A stretch of DNA of 42,462 nucleotides from a virus. Below, piece by piece: positions 22,763 through 32,052 of this stretch. The stretch is from IMG/VR virus record IMGVR_UViG_3300027852_000076; one strand, 5' to 3'. A program made the translations under genes and the position numbers. Position 1 is the first letter of the stretch; each line of letters starts with the position of its first letter. The notes below the pieces were generated by a model. That model saw only the letters and a program-made list of their open reading frames with translations, ran no database searches and was not told the origin of the DNA.

Positions 22763-23314
22763 ATGTCGTTAATATCTTATAAGAAATTAGTACAGCTAGT
22801 AGAAAGTGGCGCTATTGACGCCCCCTTGGAAAATGTTAATGGGGCTTCAATTGATATTCGTTTGGGCAATAGCCTTATGATAGAAAATGTTCAAACTACC
22901 AATAAACCTACTGCAATTTCACTGGAAAGAAAAGAATCCGTTTCCTTTTTTGAAATAGGAGTACCCCGCAGTGGTTATTTATTAACACCTGGGGAATTCA
23001 TTCTAGCTACTACAATGGAAACCTTTAATCTACCCCACAATATTGCAGCCGAATATAAGCTTAAAAGCTCACTTGCCAGGAATGGTTTACAGCACTTGCT
23101 AGCTGGTTGGTGTGATCCAGGGTGGCATGGTTCACAGCTCACTTTGGAATTAAAGAATGTAACGCGATTCAATGATCTGATTTTAACCCCAGGTATGAAA
23201 ATAGGACAGATTGTTTTTTGGGAATGTGAAAATGTTCCAAGTGAACATGGTTACGCTGAAAAGGGGCAATATAATAATCAAAAATCAGTTACTAGCAGTA
23301 AGGGTTTGCGGTAA
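22763..23314 (+). CDS. dcd: dCTP deaminase family protein
   Basis: GASIDIRLGN, and GWCDPGWHGSQLTLELKNVTRFNDLILTPGMKIGQIVFWE. Confidence 0.8.
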   Translation: MSLISYKKLVQLVESGAIDAPLENVNGASIDIRLGNSLMIENVQTTNKPTAISLERKESVSFFEIGVPRSGYLLTPGEFILATTMETFNLPHNIAAEYKLKSSLARNGLQHLLAGWCDPGWHGSQLTLELKNVTRFNDLILTPGMKIGQIVFWECENVPSEHGYAEKGQYNNQKSVTSSKGLR

Positions 23315-23345
23315 AATAGTTGGTTAATTAAGTGAGAGCGGCGCA

Positions 23346-25193
23346 ATGATAAATGATGACAGTGTTATATTTTGCGATACTGAATGTTACCAGAACTATT
23401 TTCTGATTAAGTTTAAAAAACATATTGGTGGAAAATACATTGAGTTTGAAAAGTTTAACGACTCGGAATTCAATAGTGCAAATGTTCGGTACATTTTAAG
23501 TAAGTACACCCTTGTCACCTTCAATGGAATTAAATTCGATAGCTTAATTATTGCCGCCGCCCTCGCTGGTTTTAGTAACCGCAGAATTCACGAGATAAGC
23601 CAACATATAATACGTTCAAACGAACAACCATGGGATGTGCGAAAGCGTTTCGAGATACCTTACCTTGAAATAAATCAGATAGACCTGATCGAAGTGGCAC
23701 CACTCAAAGCGTCATTAAAAATATACGCGGGGCGATTGGGTGTTCCAACCCTAGAAAACCTTCCTATTGCCCCAGGCGATAAGATTAAAAGCCGTGATTT
23801 AGTAGGTATGCGTACATATTGTGCCAATGACCTGGATGACACCCAAGCGCTATTTATTCATTTACGGAAAGAGTTAGACCTTCGTAATAAAATGGGTGAA
23901 CAGTATGGTGTTAATTTACTTTCAAAATCTGATGCGCAAATAGCGGAAGCTGTAATTTCCCATGAGCTGCGCACAAAATACAATATTGAACCCTCAAAGT
24001 CTAAAATTCCAATAGGAAAAACTTACAGGTACAAAGCTCCGAAAAACATTAAATTTAAAACACCAGAACTCCAAGATGTACTTCGGCAATATGAGGAAAA
24101 TAATTTTCGAGTGGGGAATAGTGGCCACATGGAATTTGATTTTAAGATAGTCGAAGCGGATAGAAATAAAAAAGGCGTCTTACCGACAACAAAACCAAAA
24201 TTGAAATTCAGCTTTTACGGAACAAATTACACCGCCGGTATTGGTGGCTTGCATAGTCGAGAAAAAAAGACAGCCCAAATTGCTGATAAAAATACCATTG
24301 TACGTGATTATGATGTTAAAGCTTTCTACCCTCGTATAATTTTAAATAATAGATTATTCCCCAAACACCTTGGTAAACCATTCCTTAAAATATTTGCTAA
24401 GATTGTAAATGATCGATTGCGCGCAAAGATGGAAGAAGATAAAACAAAAGACGGTAGTTTAAAAATCGTTATCAACGGCACATTCGGAAAATTCGGCAGC
24501 CTGTTTTCGTTTTTATATGCGCCTGACCTAATGATGAATGTTACCGTTACTGGACAGCTTTCACTATTAATGCTGATTGAGCGTTTTGAACTAGCAGGGG
24601 TGAATGTTGTCAGTGCAAATACCGATGGTGTTGTGGTAAAGGATTCTGTTAAAAAAGAAAAACTAATTCGTAGAATAATCTCTGACTGGGAATTTGACAC
24701 TAATTACGAGATGAAAGAATCAAACTACGTTAGTTTAAATAGTCGGGATGTAAACAGTTACATTGCTATAAAAGAATCTGAGTGCAAAGGTAAAGGGCCA
24801 TACGTGGACCAGTTCGATCCAAATATCATGCTAAAAAATAACCCTGCAAATCAAATTTGTACTGATGCTGTTAAAAATTTCCTTATTGACGGTGTACCAA
24901 TCGAAGATACTATTTCGGAATGTACTGATGTGCGGAAATTTTTAACACTGCGTACAGTAAACGGCGGGGCAATCAAGGATGGAAAACTATTAGGTAAAGC
25001 TATTCGCTGGTATTATGGCCGAGAAGAATTGGATGCCATTCATTATGTGACAAATGGGAATAAAGTACCCTTATCGGATGGCGGTGTTCCGTTAATGGAA
25101 TTGGGGGAAGGTATTCCATCGGACCTTGATTATCCGTGGTATGTTGAGGAATCACATCGAATTTTAAGAGACATTGGAAGGGGTGCGGCGTGA
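23346..25193 (+). CDS. DNA polymerase, compact (615 aa), with 3'-5' exonuclease motifs and family-B-like polymerase motifs
   Basis: Exo I FCDTECY, Exo II TFNGIKFDSLI and Exo III YCANDLDDT. Motif A-like DYDVKAFYPRII, motif B-like KIVINGTFGKFG and motif C-like SANTDGVVV. Confidence 0.75.
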   Translation: MINDDSVIFCDTECYQNYFLIKFKKHIGGKYIEFEKFNDSEFNSANVRYILSKYTLVTFNGIKFDSLIIAAALAGFSNRRIHEISQHIIRSNEQPWDVRKRFEIPYLEINQIDLIEVAPLKASLKIYAGRLGVPTLENLPIAPGDKIKSRDLVGMRTYCANDLDDTQALFIHLRKELDLRNKMGEQYGVNLLSKSDAQIAEAVISHELRTKYNIEPSKSKIPIGKTYRYKAPKNIKFKTPELQDVLRQYEENNFRVGNSGHMEFDFKIVEADRNKKGVLPTTKPKLKFSFYGTNYTAGIGGLHSREKKTAQIADKNTIVRDYDVKAFYPRIILNNRLFPKHLGKPFLKIFAKIVNDRLRAKMEEDKTKDGSLKIVINGTFGKFGSLFSFLYAPDLMMNVTVTGQLSLLMLIERFELAGVNVVSANTDGVVVKDSVKKEKLIRRIISDWEFDTNYEMKESNYVSLNSRDVNSYIAIKESECKGKGPYVDQFDPNIMLKNNPANQICTDAVKNFLIDGVPIEDTISECTDVRKFLTLRTVNGGAIKDGKLLGKAIRWYYGREELDAIHYVTNGNKVPLSDGGVPLMELGEGIPSDLDYPWYVEESHRILRDIGRGAA

Positions 25194-25534
25194 ACGAGGA
25201 AAAATTTCTAAATAAGAATAAACGATCAAAAGCATTAGATAGAGCTGATTATGTGGATGAATCCCTAATAGAGCGGGATTTTTGCAACTACGCTAAGCAA
25301 ATGGGCTGCGCACCTTTAAAACTTTACACCCAAGCTATTCGAGGTTTTCCCGATCGAACAGTATTGTGTCCAGGTGGGAAGGTATTATTCATTGAGTTTA
25401 AATCGAACCGTGGTCAATTATCAGCACCGCAAGTGTTAATGAAAGGGCGAATCGAAACACTGGGTTTTAAATATCATGTTTGCGATAAGGTTGGTGAAGC
25501 TGAAGCAATTTTAAGAAAATTCCTACATGGATAG
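25190..25534 (+). CDS. VRR-NUC domain nuclease
   Basis: GFPDRTVLCPGGKVLFIEFKSNRGQLSAPQ (PD...E.K core). The GTG start overlaps the polymerase stop (GTGA). Confidence 0.8.
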   Translation: MNEEKFLNKNKRSKALDRADYVDESLIERDFCNYAKQMGCAPLKLYTQAIRGFPDRTVLCPGGKVLFIEFKSNRGQLSAPQVLMKGRIETLGFKYHVCDKVGEAEAILRKFLHG

Positions 25535-26999
25535 TCTTCCTGTTAAATGGGTCCCAAGTAATTACCAACTAACGGCGCTTTCCTTCATCCTATCAAATCC
25601 GCGTTCAGGTTTGTTTCTTGACCCAGGTCTCGGGAAAACTTCCATCAGCCTAGCTTGCATAAAAGCATTGGCATTTACCAAAGGTGTAAACGGTGTTTTG
25701 ATCGTGGCACCGCTCACTGTCTGCCAAGATACTTGGCCGGATGAAATAGAGAAGTGGTCTAATTTTAACGGGATAACTTACACCATGCTCCATGGTGACG
25801 GTAAACCTACTCTATGGGGTAAGCGGAAACATATCTATCTGATAAACCCAGAAGGTTTGCCGTGGTTATTTGATACCCTGGTGGACCAACTGAGCAAGGG
25901 TCGCAAATGCCCATTTAATGCGTTATGGATAGACGAAAGCACTGCGTTCAAATCGCACAAGTCTAAAGCTCGCTTTGAAATACTTAAGGATATGTTACCT
26001 CTGTTTAAACGCCGTCATATTATGACCGGAACACCTTCCCCAAAATCCTTACTAGACTTGTGGTCCCAGATTTACTTGCTGGATGAGGGGGCAGCCCTTG
26101 GGAATAATTTTTATAAGTTTCGCCGCAAGCATTTTGAGCAAAACAGGTGGCAAGCCTACGAGTGGAAAATTAAGCCTGAATCTAAGCAAGCTATTTATGA
26201 TGCCATTGCCCCGTGTGTACTTGAGATGGCCGCTGATGATTACCTGGATATGCCAGCAATAGTTTACAACCATGTCAAGGTTCGCTTACCCGCCAAGGTA
26301 TCGAAGCAATACAGAAGCATGGAGCAGAAACTTTTCGCCCTATTAGATGAAGATGAAAAGATTACAGCTATGGCTGCAGCTCAAGCTAGCGCTAAGTGTC
26401 ACCAGATGGCGAATGGTCAGGTTTATGAAGATATTCCAATGGGCCTTGATGATGAGGCGCTACGGGCTTGGAAACGTACAAGGAAGGTTTTCCAGGTACA
26501 CAAGGGTAAGATCACCGCCCTGGAAAACCTTATCAGCGAGCTAAACGGCAAATCCCTACTGATTGTTTATCATTACAAACATGACCTGGAAGCCATTCAG
26601 AAGGCCCTGGGGGGTAAGGTGCCAGTATTGAGTGGAAAGCTAGGGCAGAAGGATTTGCGTTCAATGGCGCGAAAGTGGAACGCCAGAGAATTGCCAATCA
26701 TGCTCGGTCATGCTGACAGTATCGGGTACGGGCTCAATCTGCAGAAAGGGGGTAATGATATTTGTTGGTACTCACTTCCCTGGGATTTGAAGAATTACAT
26801 CCAGCTAAACGCAAGACTCCATCGCCAGGGTGTTACGGGGGCGGTTCGGATTCATCACCTTGTTTCAGCAAATACAGTGGATGAGGCGATAGTTAGCCGC
26901 CTGGGTGATAGGGCGGCAGCACAAACAGACCTGCGCAATGCCTTAAGAGATTATCGGAAAAAGTCCAATCACACCGCTAATTCCAACAGCTCAATATGA
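25527..26999 (+). CDS. SNF2-family DEAD/H helicase
   Basis: Motif I LDPGLGKTS, motif II LWIDESTAF and the C-terminal helicase lobe (...GYGLNLQKGGN...HHLVSANTVDEAI). Confidence 0.85.
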   Translation: MDSLPVKWVPSNYQLTALSFILSNPRSGLFLDPGLGKTSISLACIKALAFTKGVNGVLIVAPLTVCQDTWPDEIEKWSNFNGITYTMLHGDGKPTLWGKRKHIYLINPEGLPWLFDTLVDQLSKGRKCPFNALWIDESTAFKSHKSKARFEILKDMLPLFKRRHIMTGTPSPKSLLDLWSQIYLLDEGAALGNNFYKFRRKHFEQNRWQAYEWKIKPESKQAIYDAIAPCVLEMAADDYLDMPAIVYNHVKVRLPAKVSKQYRSMEQKLFALLDEDEKITAMAAAQASAKCHQMANGQVYEDIPMGLDDEALRAWKRTRKVFQVHKGKITALENLISELNGKSLLIVYHYKHDLEAIQKALGGKVPVLSGKLGQKDLRSMARKWNARELPIMLGHADSIGYGLNLQKGGNDICWYSLPWDLKNYIQLNARLHRQGVTGAVRIHHLVSANTVDEAIVSRLGDRAAAQTDLRNALRDYRKKSNHTANSNSSI

Positions 27000-27391
27000 C
27001 CATAGTCATCAAAGTTTTTCCACAATCCGCCCCAACTCACCTTGTGACCAAGGATTGAGGCCGCTTGCAAGAAAGCACAGGCAACGTTGGAAAGATGAGC
27101 CTTGTCCCATGAAGCCTTCCCATCTACATAGGCGTAAAAATCTAAAGCCATGCCACTCTGGTGCTTACTTAAAATGCGGTAACCATCGCACTTAGAATAA
27201 CCCTTTAGATATAATGCGTTTTGAACAGTAGCGATTCTGATCCCCCCATTACTAGGTACACCAAAATCCACGCGAGTTAAGAGAATCGCCATTTTAGCAA
27301 TCGCAATTAGCCGGTAATCGATTCCGGCCATATTGCTTTTGGATCGCTCGGATAGATAATATCTATTTTCGCTCACTGGAGATTTTCCCAA
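26969..27391 (-). CDS. Endolysin, M15/VanY-type zinc peptidase
   Basis: SKHQSGMALDF and FDDYGHIEL (H..D...H metal ligands), plus family-typical LSERSKSNMAGIDYRL near the N-terminus. That segment implies a TTG (27391) or GTG (27376) start rather than the ATG at 27331. Confidence 0.8.
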   Translation of the reverse strand: MGKSPVSENRYYLSERSKSNMAGIDYRLIAIAKMAILLTRVDFGVPSNGGIRIATVQNALYLKGYSKCDGYRILSKHQSGMALDFYAYVDGKASWDKAHLSNVACAFLQAASILGHKVSWGGLWKNFDDYGHIELLELAV

Positions 27392-27623
27392 CGATTGCTT
27401 TGATCCCTTCTACGAACCCCTTCCGGACAACGGTTTCTTTTGATTCCGCTCCCCCAAAATTAAAGGCGAATAGTTCAACCACCCAATAAACCTTTTCCCA
27501 AAAAATATCATCTTCTGGCATTTTTGTATTAGCTGCAATAATGGAAAAAAACCCAATTACTTCTAATACAATTTGAATATTGTGTACTAACCACCAACCA
27601 ATTGCAGCTACTTCAGGTGACAT
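27363..27623 (-). CDS. Putative holin (two TM segments, charged C-terminus)
   Basis: AAIGWWLVHNIQIVLEVIGFFSIIAA and VYWVVELFAFNFGGA. It lies immediately upstream of and overlapping the endolysin gene. Confidence 0.5.
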   Translation of the reverse strand: MSPEVAAIGWWLVHNIQIVLEVIGFFSIIAANTKMPEDDIFWEKVYWVVELFAFNFGGAESKETVVRKGFVEGIKAIVGKISSERK

Positions 27624-27624
27624 A

Positions 27625-29091
27625 TTATTTCCCCTTTGTGAATTTAGTTTTAAGTTTGTAAACGTTCACATCCCGTGGGCCGCGAACATCGGTTTTTTTA
27701 TCAAATAATAACTGTCCGGAAAGCAATAATTCATTTATTGAATCGCCCTGAGATTTTTCCACTTCCCATGCTTTCCTATAATGAAATAAATCTTCTAGCA
27801 ATGGGTTTGCTGGATCAACCATGACTATTTCATGCTTGCTTGGATCGAAGTCTAAAAATAAATGGGGCACGACATCCATGTCAATATTTTTTTCATCCAT
27901 GGACCAAGGCGCTTTTAGAATAATGTTTCGTTCATCATCCAATAAGGTGTCCCATTCCTTACGCTTGGCCGCCACCTCTTCCCTGCGTTTTTCGCTTTTC
28001 AAAATACTAAGTGGATTTTCTCCCCAAGTACCTAGAAACCTTTGCTGTTTTCCTAAATTGTGCATGTCATGAGGGCCGTTATTTGTCCACGATGGATCTT
28101 CCGCCACTGATGTATGTAAGATTTTACCTGTACCTTTTTCGATCATAGCTGTTACGAACAGCGGAATATTGTACCCGCCTACCTTATGAGGTGGTGAACC
28201 CTGAACATAACCGTTTTGCACGTAAAATACTTGGTTACTGTTGGCAGTATTATACGGTCGGATCACGCTTGCGTAAGTACCGGCGTGTACGAAACTACGG
28301 CTATTGAAATCAACCCATGCGGCAGCACCGCCACCATAATAAGCATGGAGGGAATAGAGCCCCCCTGTTAAACTAACATCTAAAAAACCATTTGGGCCAA
28401 CAGTGTGAGAAGTATTAGCAGTGGCTAGTTTTAATTCAGATTGCCCCGCACAATTTGCCCCAAGCTCACTTTGACCAACGCTCCCTGTAATAATTTCACT
28501 AGCACCAACCGAATTATCGGTCATCATTGGAAGTGTTATTGTGTTTACCCCTGGGACAATTGGCGCAACCACAAGTTTTTCTACATATCTGTTTAAGTCA
28601 TCTGTAAAAACAATCAGGGTATCATTGTCGTCTACCACTGCGCCTGTTTTTACAGCAAACAATGTCGCTTGGTCACCAATGGTAACGCGTTCACCATCGC
28701 TTAACTGGGCACTGGGTAGTTCTCGACAAGCTGCAAAATCGTCTACCAATGCTGTTAAGTATTTAGCATACCAGTTCGCACCCGTATCAACCGTGGGATC
28801 ATTACCGGCCTGCTCGTGTACGGCGGTATAAAGTTTTCCATTTGAACCTTTTGCGACCGCACCCGCTGGATATATTGTGTTAGCGTCCCAAATACCCAAA
28901 CCCTGCTCATTAAAATGGGCGAGCCCTTGCGTAAACCATTGCTGTAAAAAATTAAAGTGCTCAAAAGGTGGTACTTCGGCCACCCAACCAGCCGCAACTT
29001 TCCCAGGGGTTGTTGTGTCAGGGTCAACGATATTTGATGGTGGGGCTGATGATGCCCATATTCGCGTTAAATCTGGCTTGACAGTGCTCAT
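27625..29091 (-). CDS. Tail fibre protein
   Basis: N-terminus TRIWASSAPPSNIVDPDTTTPGKVAAGWVAEVPPFEHFNFLQQW...WDANTIYPAGAVAKGSNGKLYTA is typical of tail-fibre N-termini. It is adjacent to the baseplate genes. Confidence 0.75.
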   Translation of the reverse strand: MSTVKPDLTRIWASSAPPSNIVDPDTTTPGKVAAGWVAEVPPFEHFNFLQQWFTQGLAHFNEQGLGIWDANTIYPAGAVAKGSNGKLYTAVHEQAGNDPTVDTGANWYAKYLTALVDDFAACRELPSAQLSDGERVTIGDQATLFAVKTGAVVDDNDTLIVFTDDLNRYVEKLVVAPIVPGVNTITLPMMTDNSVGASEIITGSVGQSELGANCAGQSELKLATANTSHTVGPNGFLDVSLTGGLYSLHAYYGGGAAAWVDFNSRSFVHAGTYASVIRPYNTANSNQVFYVQNGYVQGSPPHKVGGYNIPLFVTAMIEKGTGKILHTSVAEDPSWTNNGPHDMHNLGKQQRFLGTWGENPLSILKSEKRREEVAAKRKEWDTLLDDERNIILKAPWSMDEKNIDMDVVPHLFLDFDPSKHEIVMVDPANPLLEDLFHYRKAWEVEKSQGDSINELLLSGQLLFDKKTDVRGPRDVNVYKLKTKFTKGK

Positions 29092-29109
29092 GGTAAACCC
29101 TCAAAAATT

Positions 29110-29829
29110 TTAAATTAGAATATTATCCAACAGTGAAGAAAGTGGTCCACCCAGTAAGGGATCAGCAAGCGAGCCAAAACTTTTACTTAGTGGTACGCCC
29201 TCGAAACTGAACGCCTCGCCTGCGTTAAATTCCGAATAGTAAATTACCTTAACGCCCGCTGTTTTCGGAACAATATCGGTTTGTGTTAAAAGTATCGTTT
29301 CGTTCGGTGTTAGTTTCCGCCCCACGCTTATTTCATAGAAAGTATTACCATCACGGAATAATATCAATGGTGCATCCAGTACAAATTTCAACTGGGCTAT
29401 AATTTCCTCCGGCGTAGATGCTGTGTTATTTCTAACAATCCTTGCGCGAATGAATGCTCTATATTCTGCATCAGTTAAAATTCTAAAGCCGGTAGTTATT
29501 TCACCCTCAGCTATAAAGCGACCACCGGCTGTTGGATCGGAAAGTGTTCCAAATGTTATAGCTTGGTGGTAATCATAGAAACCAAAAAACTTAAAAGCAT
29601 CGGCGTCTATAAACACCCTTGATTGGCCAACAATACTACCGATAATATCAAGTTGCTTACCTTCTGCTGTTTCCAACCATCGGCTAGTGATTATTTCCGC
29701 TAAAACTTCTTCCAGGGTGTTTGCTTCCACCAGCAAGGTTTCGATGTACGCTTTTAAATTCGGGGAATCTTTAAACTGTGTTACCAGTCTTCCGATACCA
29801 TGGATTAAATGATCGATAGGTTTAATCAT
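29110..29829 (-). CDS. Baseplate/tail-fibre-associated protein (DUF2612-like)
   Basis: LVTQFKDSPNLKAYIETLL...AEGKQLDIIGSIVG. It lies downstream of the baseplate J gene. Confidence 0.65.
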   Translation of the reverse strand: MIKPIDHLIHGIGRLVTQFKDSPNLKAYIETLLVEANTLEEVLAEIITSRWLETAEGKQLDIIGSIVGQSRVFIDADAFKFFGFYDYHQAITFGTLSDPTAGGRFIAEGEITTGFRILTDAEYRAFIRARIVRNNTASTPEEIIAQLKFVLDAPLILFRDGNTFYEISVGRKLTPNETILLTQTDIVPKTAGVKVIYYSEFNAGEAFSFEGVPLSKSFGSLADPLLGGPLSSLLDNILI

Positions 29830-31004
29830 ATCTGATTAATCACTATGTTTGCCGTGGTGAAATTCGATACATTATTTGCCAGGATTGGTATATTCACTTC
29901 CAACAAAGGTGGTGTAATAGTGCTGATGCGAAGGGCATTTATTTGATGACCATACACTGAATTAATCGGCGTATATAGTCGCGTGTATGTAACATCTTCC
30001 CCTAAACCAAAACCCTGGCCTTCAATCAAATCACCATTAGCGTAATCTACTATTGCCTGTTTTATTAAATCGTCACCATTAGCTGGGTATGTCGCATCGG
30101 TAACCAGATCAACTTCCACATAAATATCAACAGTCACCGGCCTAGAAAAACCAATGGTGTGGGGCAACCCTTGGCTATCTAGTATCACCGTGGAATCTAA
30201 TCCACTAGAAAGTATTCCTGCAGGTTTCTTTAACCAGATCGCCTTGCCTATGTCTTCATCGGAACCACCAACCACAACCACCTCAAAAGAATGGGGCGGT
30301 AAACCGTTTGCGTCAACAACGTTCGTATCATTTTCCAGCACAACTAGTTGGCTCACACCGCTAACATTGGCAACAGTGGAATAAATAGCATCGATCACCG
30401 CCTGGGCATCCCGTGAAACAGACCGTTCACGCCGAGCCCTCAGTTCCGGATCGGTTTCTTCATAGGTGCCTTCTACGGCATTAGTTAAGTTTGTTACAGT
30501 ATCCCATCCACTGATCGGGGTATTTATTTGCGTCACTGTACCAGCCGTTGCGCCAATCGGCCCTTGATCGATTGCCAAGGCATGATCGGAAGCATTTCCC
30601 GTACCATCGATAGTGATATTATTTTGCGTTTCAAATTGATCGCCTGTATCGCTGGTAGAAACAATACTTCCCGCCAATATAATTACGCCAGGGGTTCCTG
30701 TAAAAGATAAATCCACTCTGGAAAATGTGGCAGGTAATCTTGTCAGACCGTTAAGCTGAACTAAGTTAGATAAATTCGCGCCAGTTGCCGCCGAAGGGTT
30801 AAACGCATTGTAGGCATTTTCGGCCAATTCCCATAAGCTGGCATTTGATTCAGAAATTATCCCATTGATCTGTCCGTCCGAAGACTCAGGTGACACATTG
30901 AAATTGTCACCGAAAACAGTTTTTACCTGAGCATTTAATTCAAGCAATAATTGGTCTAATCGTTTCCGATTAAAACCCTCTGGGGTTATACCGTAGTCAG
31001 ACAT
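29826..31004 (-). CDS. Baseplate J-like protein
   Basis: N-terminus MSDYGITPEGFNRKRLDQLLLELNAQVKTVFGDNFNVSPESSDGQ. Size and position fit the J/gp47 family. Confidence 0.75.
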   Translation of the reverse strand: MSDYGITPEGFNRKRLDQLLLELNAQVKTVFGDNFNVSPESSDGQINGIISESNASLWELAENAYNAFNPSAATGANLSNLVQLNGLTRLPATFSRVDLSFTGTPGVIILAGSIVSTSDTGDQFETQNNITIDGTGNASDHALAIDQGPIGATAGTVTQINTPISGWDTVTNLTNAVEGTYEETDPELRARRERSVSRDAQAVIDAIYSTVANVSGVSQLVVLENDTNVVDANGLPPHSFEVVVVGGSDEDIGKAIWLKKPAGILSSGLDSTVILDSQGLPHTIGFSRPVTVDIYVEVDLVTDATYPANGDDLIKQAIVDYANGDLIEGQGFGLGEDVTYTRLYTPINSVYGHQINALRISTITPPLLEVNIPILANNVSNFTTANIVINQI

Positions 31005-31362
31005 TTACCGTCACCTCGCTTGTAATTATTTCATCGTGAACAGTCTTCGCCTCGAAATCAACTGAAAGTTTTCTCACACTTCCACCTTCATAAACCATTG
31101 AGAAATTGATCAAGCTATCAACACCTGGCGTTTGTAGAATGGCTGTTTTAAAAATACTTTCAACGTTACCAAGGTTTACTGGCCTCACAAAAATTTGTTC
31201 AAAATAAGGTATGCCCGAAGATAGGTCTAAAAACCACTCATTGGCGTAAAAAAGTAAGCGAGTGCGAACATGTTGAACAATTTCAGCACCATTCTTAACT
31301 ATAACAAATTGGCCATTATGAACTATTAAATCATTATTGGAATCAAGGGCACGACTTATCAA
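30997..31362 (-). CDS. Small baseplate wedge protein (W/gp25- or DUF2634-like)
   Basis: 121 aa. IVQHVRTRLLFYANEWFLDLSSGIPYF motif. It lies between the spike and J genes. Confidence 0.6.
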   Translation of the reverse strand: MISRALDSNNDLIVHNGQFVIVKNGAEIVQHVRTRLLFYANEWFLDLSSGIPYFEQIFVRPVNLGNVESIFKTAILQTPGVDSLINFSMVYEGGSVRKLSVDFEAKTVHDEIITSEVTVNV

Positions 31363-32051
31363 AGGTTTACTCCGGTCGGTGTTATTGGTCCAACAGGCGC
31401 GGTCGGTGAACCAATGTGACCATGGCCTGCTAGCTCTTTACCTGCAACTACAATTGACGGGGCTGAAATTGATCCAGTAACCACTAGGTTACCCACAACA
31501 GTCACCGTGGGGGCTGCTACATCGACACCTGTGGAAGAAGTTATACTAATACTGCCATCGTCGTTAAGCTTAATTGAAACGGTTCCACTATCACTTTTAA
31601 GCTCAAGGGCATCGGTGCTGTAATTCTCGATAGGGTTTACACTGGAAGATGGTCCGACTATAGCCATAGCATCACTTAAATCGTGAAACCGCCTCGCCCC
31701 TGGCTCACCAACTTTCCCCGTTCTAAACCAATTATCAATAGCGCGTTCGGAAAATACTAAAAGGCATTCATCGCCCTTTTTCACAGGTAAGGTTATGGAA
31801 AACCCACCGCCCCTTGGCATCAGCACGGGAACATTAATTAGAAGCGGTAAGTTTTCAGGCGTATAAATTTCTTCAACACCATCAAGCTCAATGAATATTC
31901 TTTGAATCACAGGTTGTACAGTGGCTATTTGTTTTTCAGAATCAAAACTTTCAACAATGCCAGGCATTGAGGTATGCAGATCTTTTAACCTGGAATCTAC
32001 CCCATCCCTAATGGCGCTCGCCAGGGTAAACAACTCCGGATCTTTTTCCAT
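31359..32051 (-). CDS. Baseplate central spike (Mu gp45 / gp138-N-like)
   Basis: MPGIVESFDSEKQIATVQP...VPVLMPRGGGFSITLPVKKGDECLLVFSERAIDNW. The start is set at the ATG 32051, just after the upstream stop. Confidence 0.7.
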   Translation of the reverse strand: MEKDPELFTLASAIRDGVDSRLKDLHTSMPGIVESFDSEKQIATVQPVIQRIFIELDGVEEIYTPENLPLLINVPVLMPRGGGFSITLPVKKGDECLLVFSERAIDNWFRTGKVGEPGARRFHDLSDAMAIVGPSSSVNPIENYSTDALELKSDSGTVSIKLNDDGSISITSSTGVDVAAPTVTVVGNLVVTGSISAPSIVVAGKELAGHGHIGSPTAPVGPITPTGVNL

Positions 32052-32052
32052 C

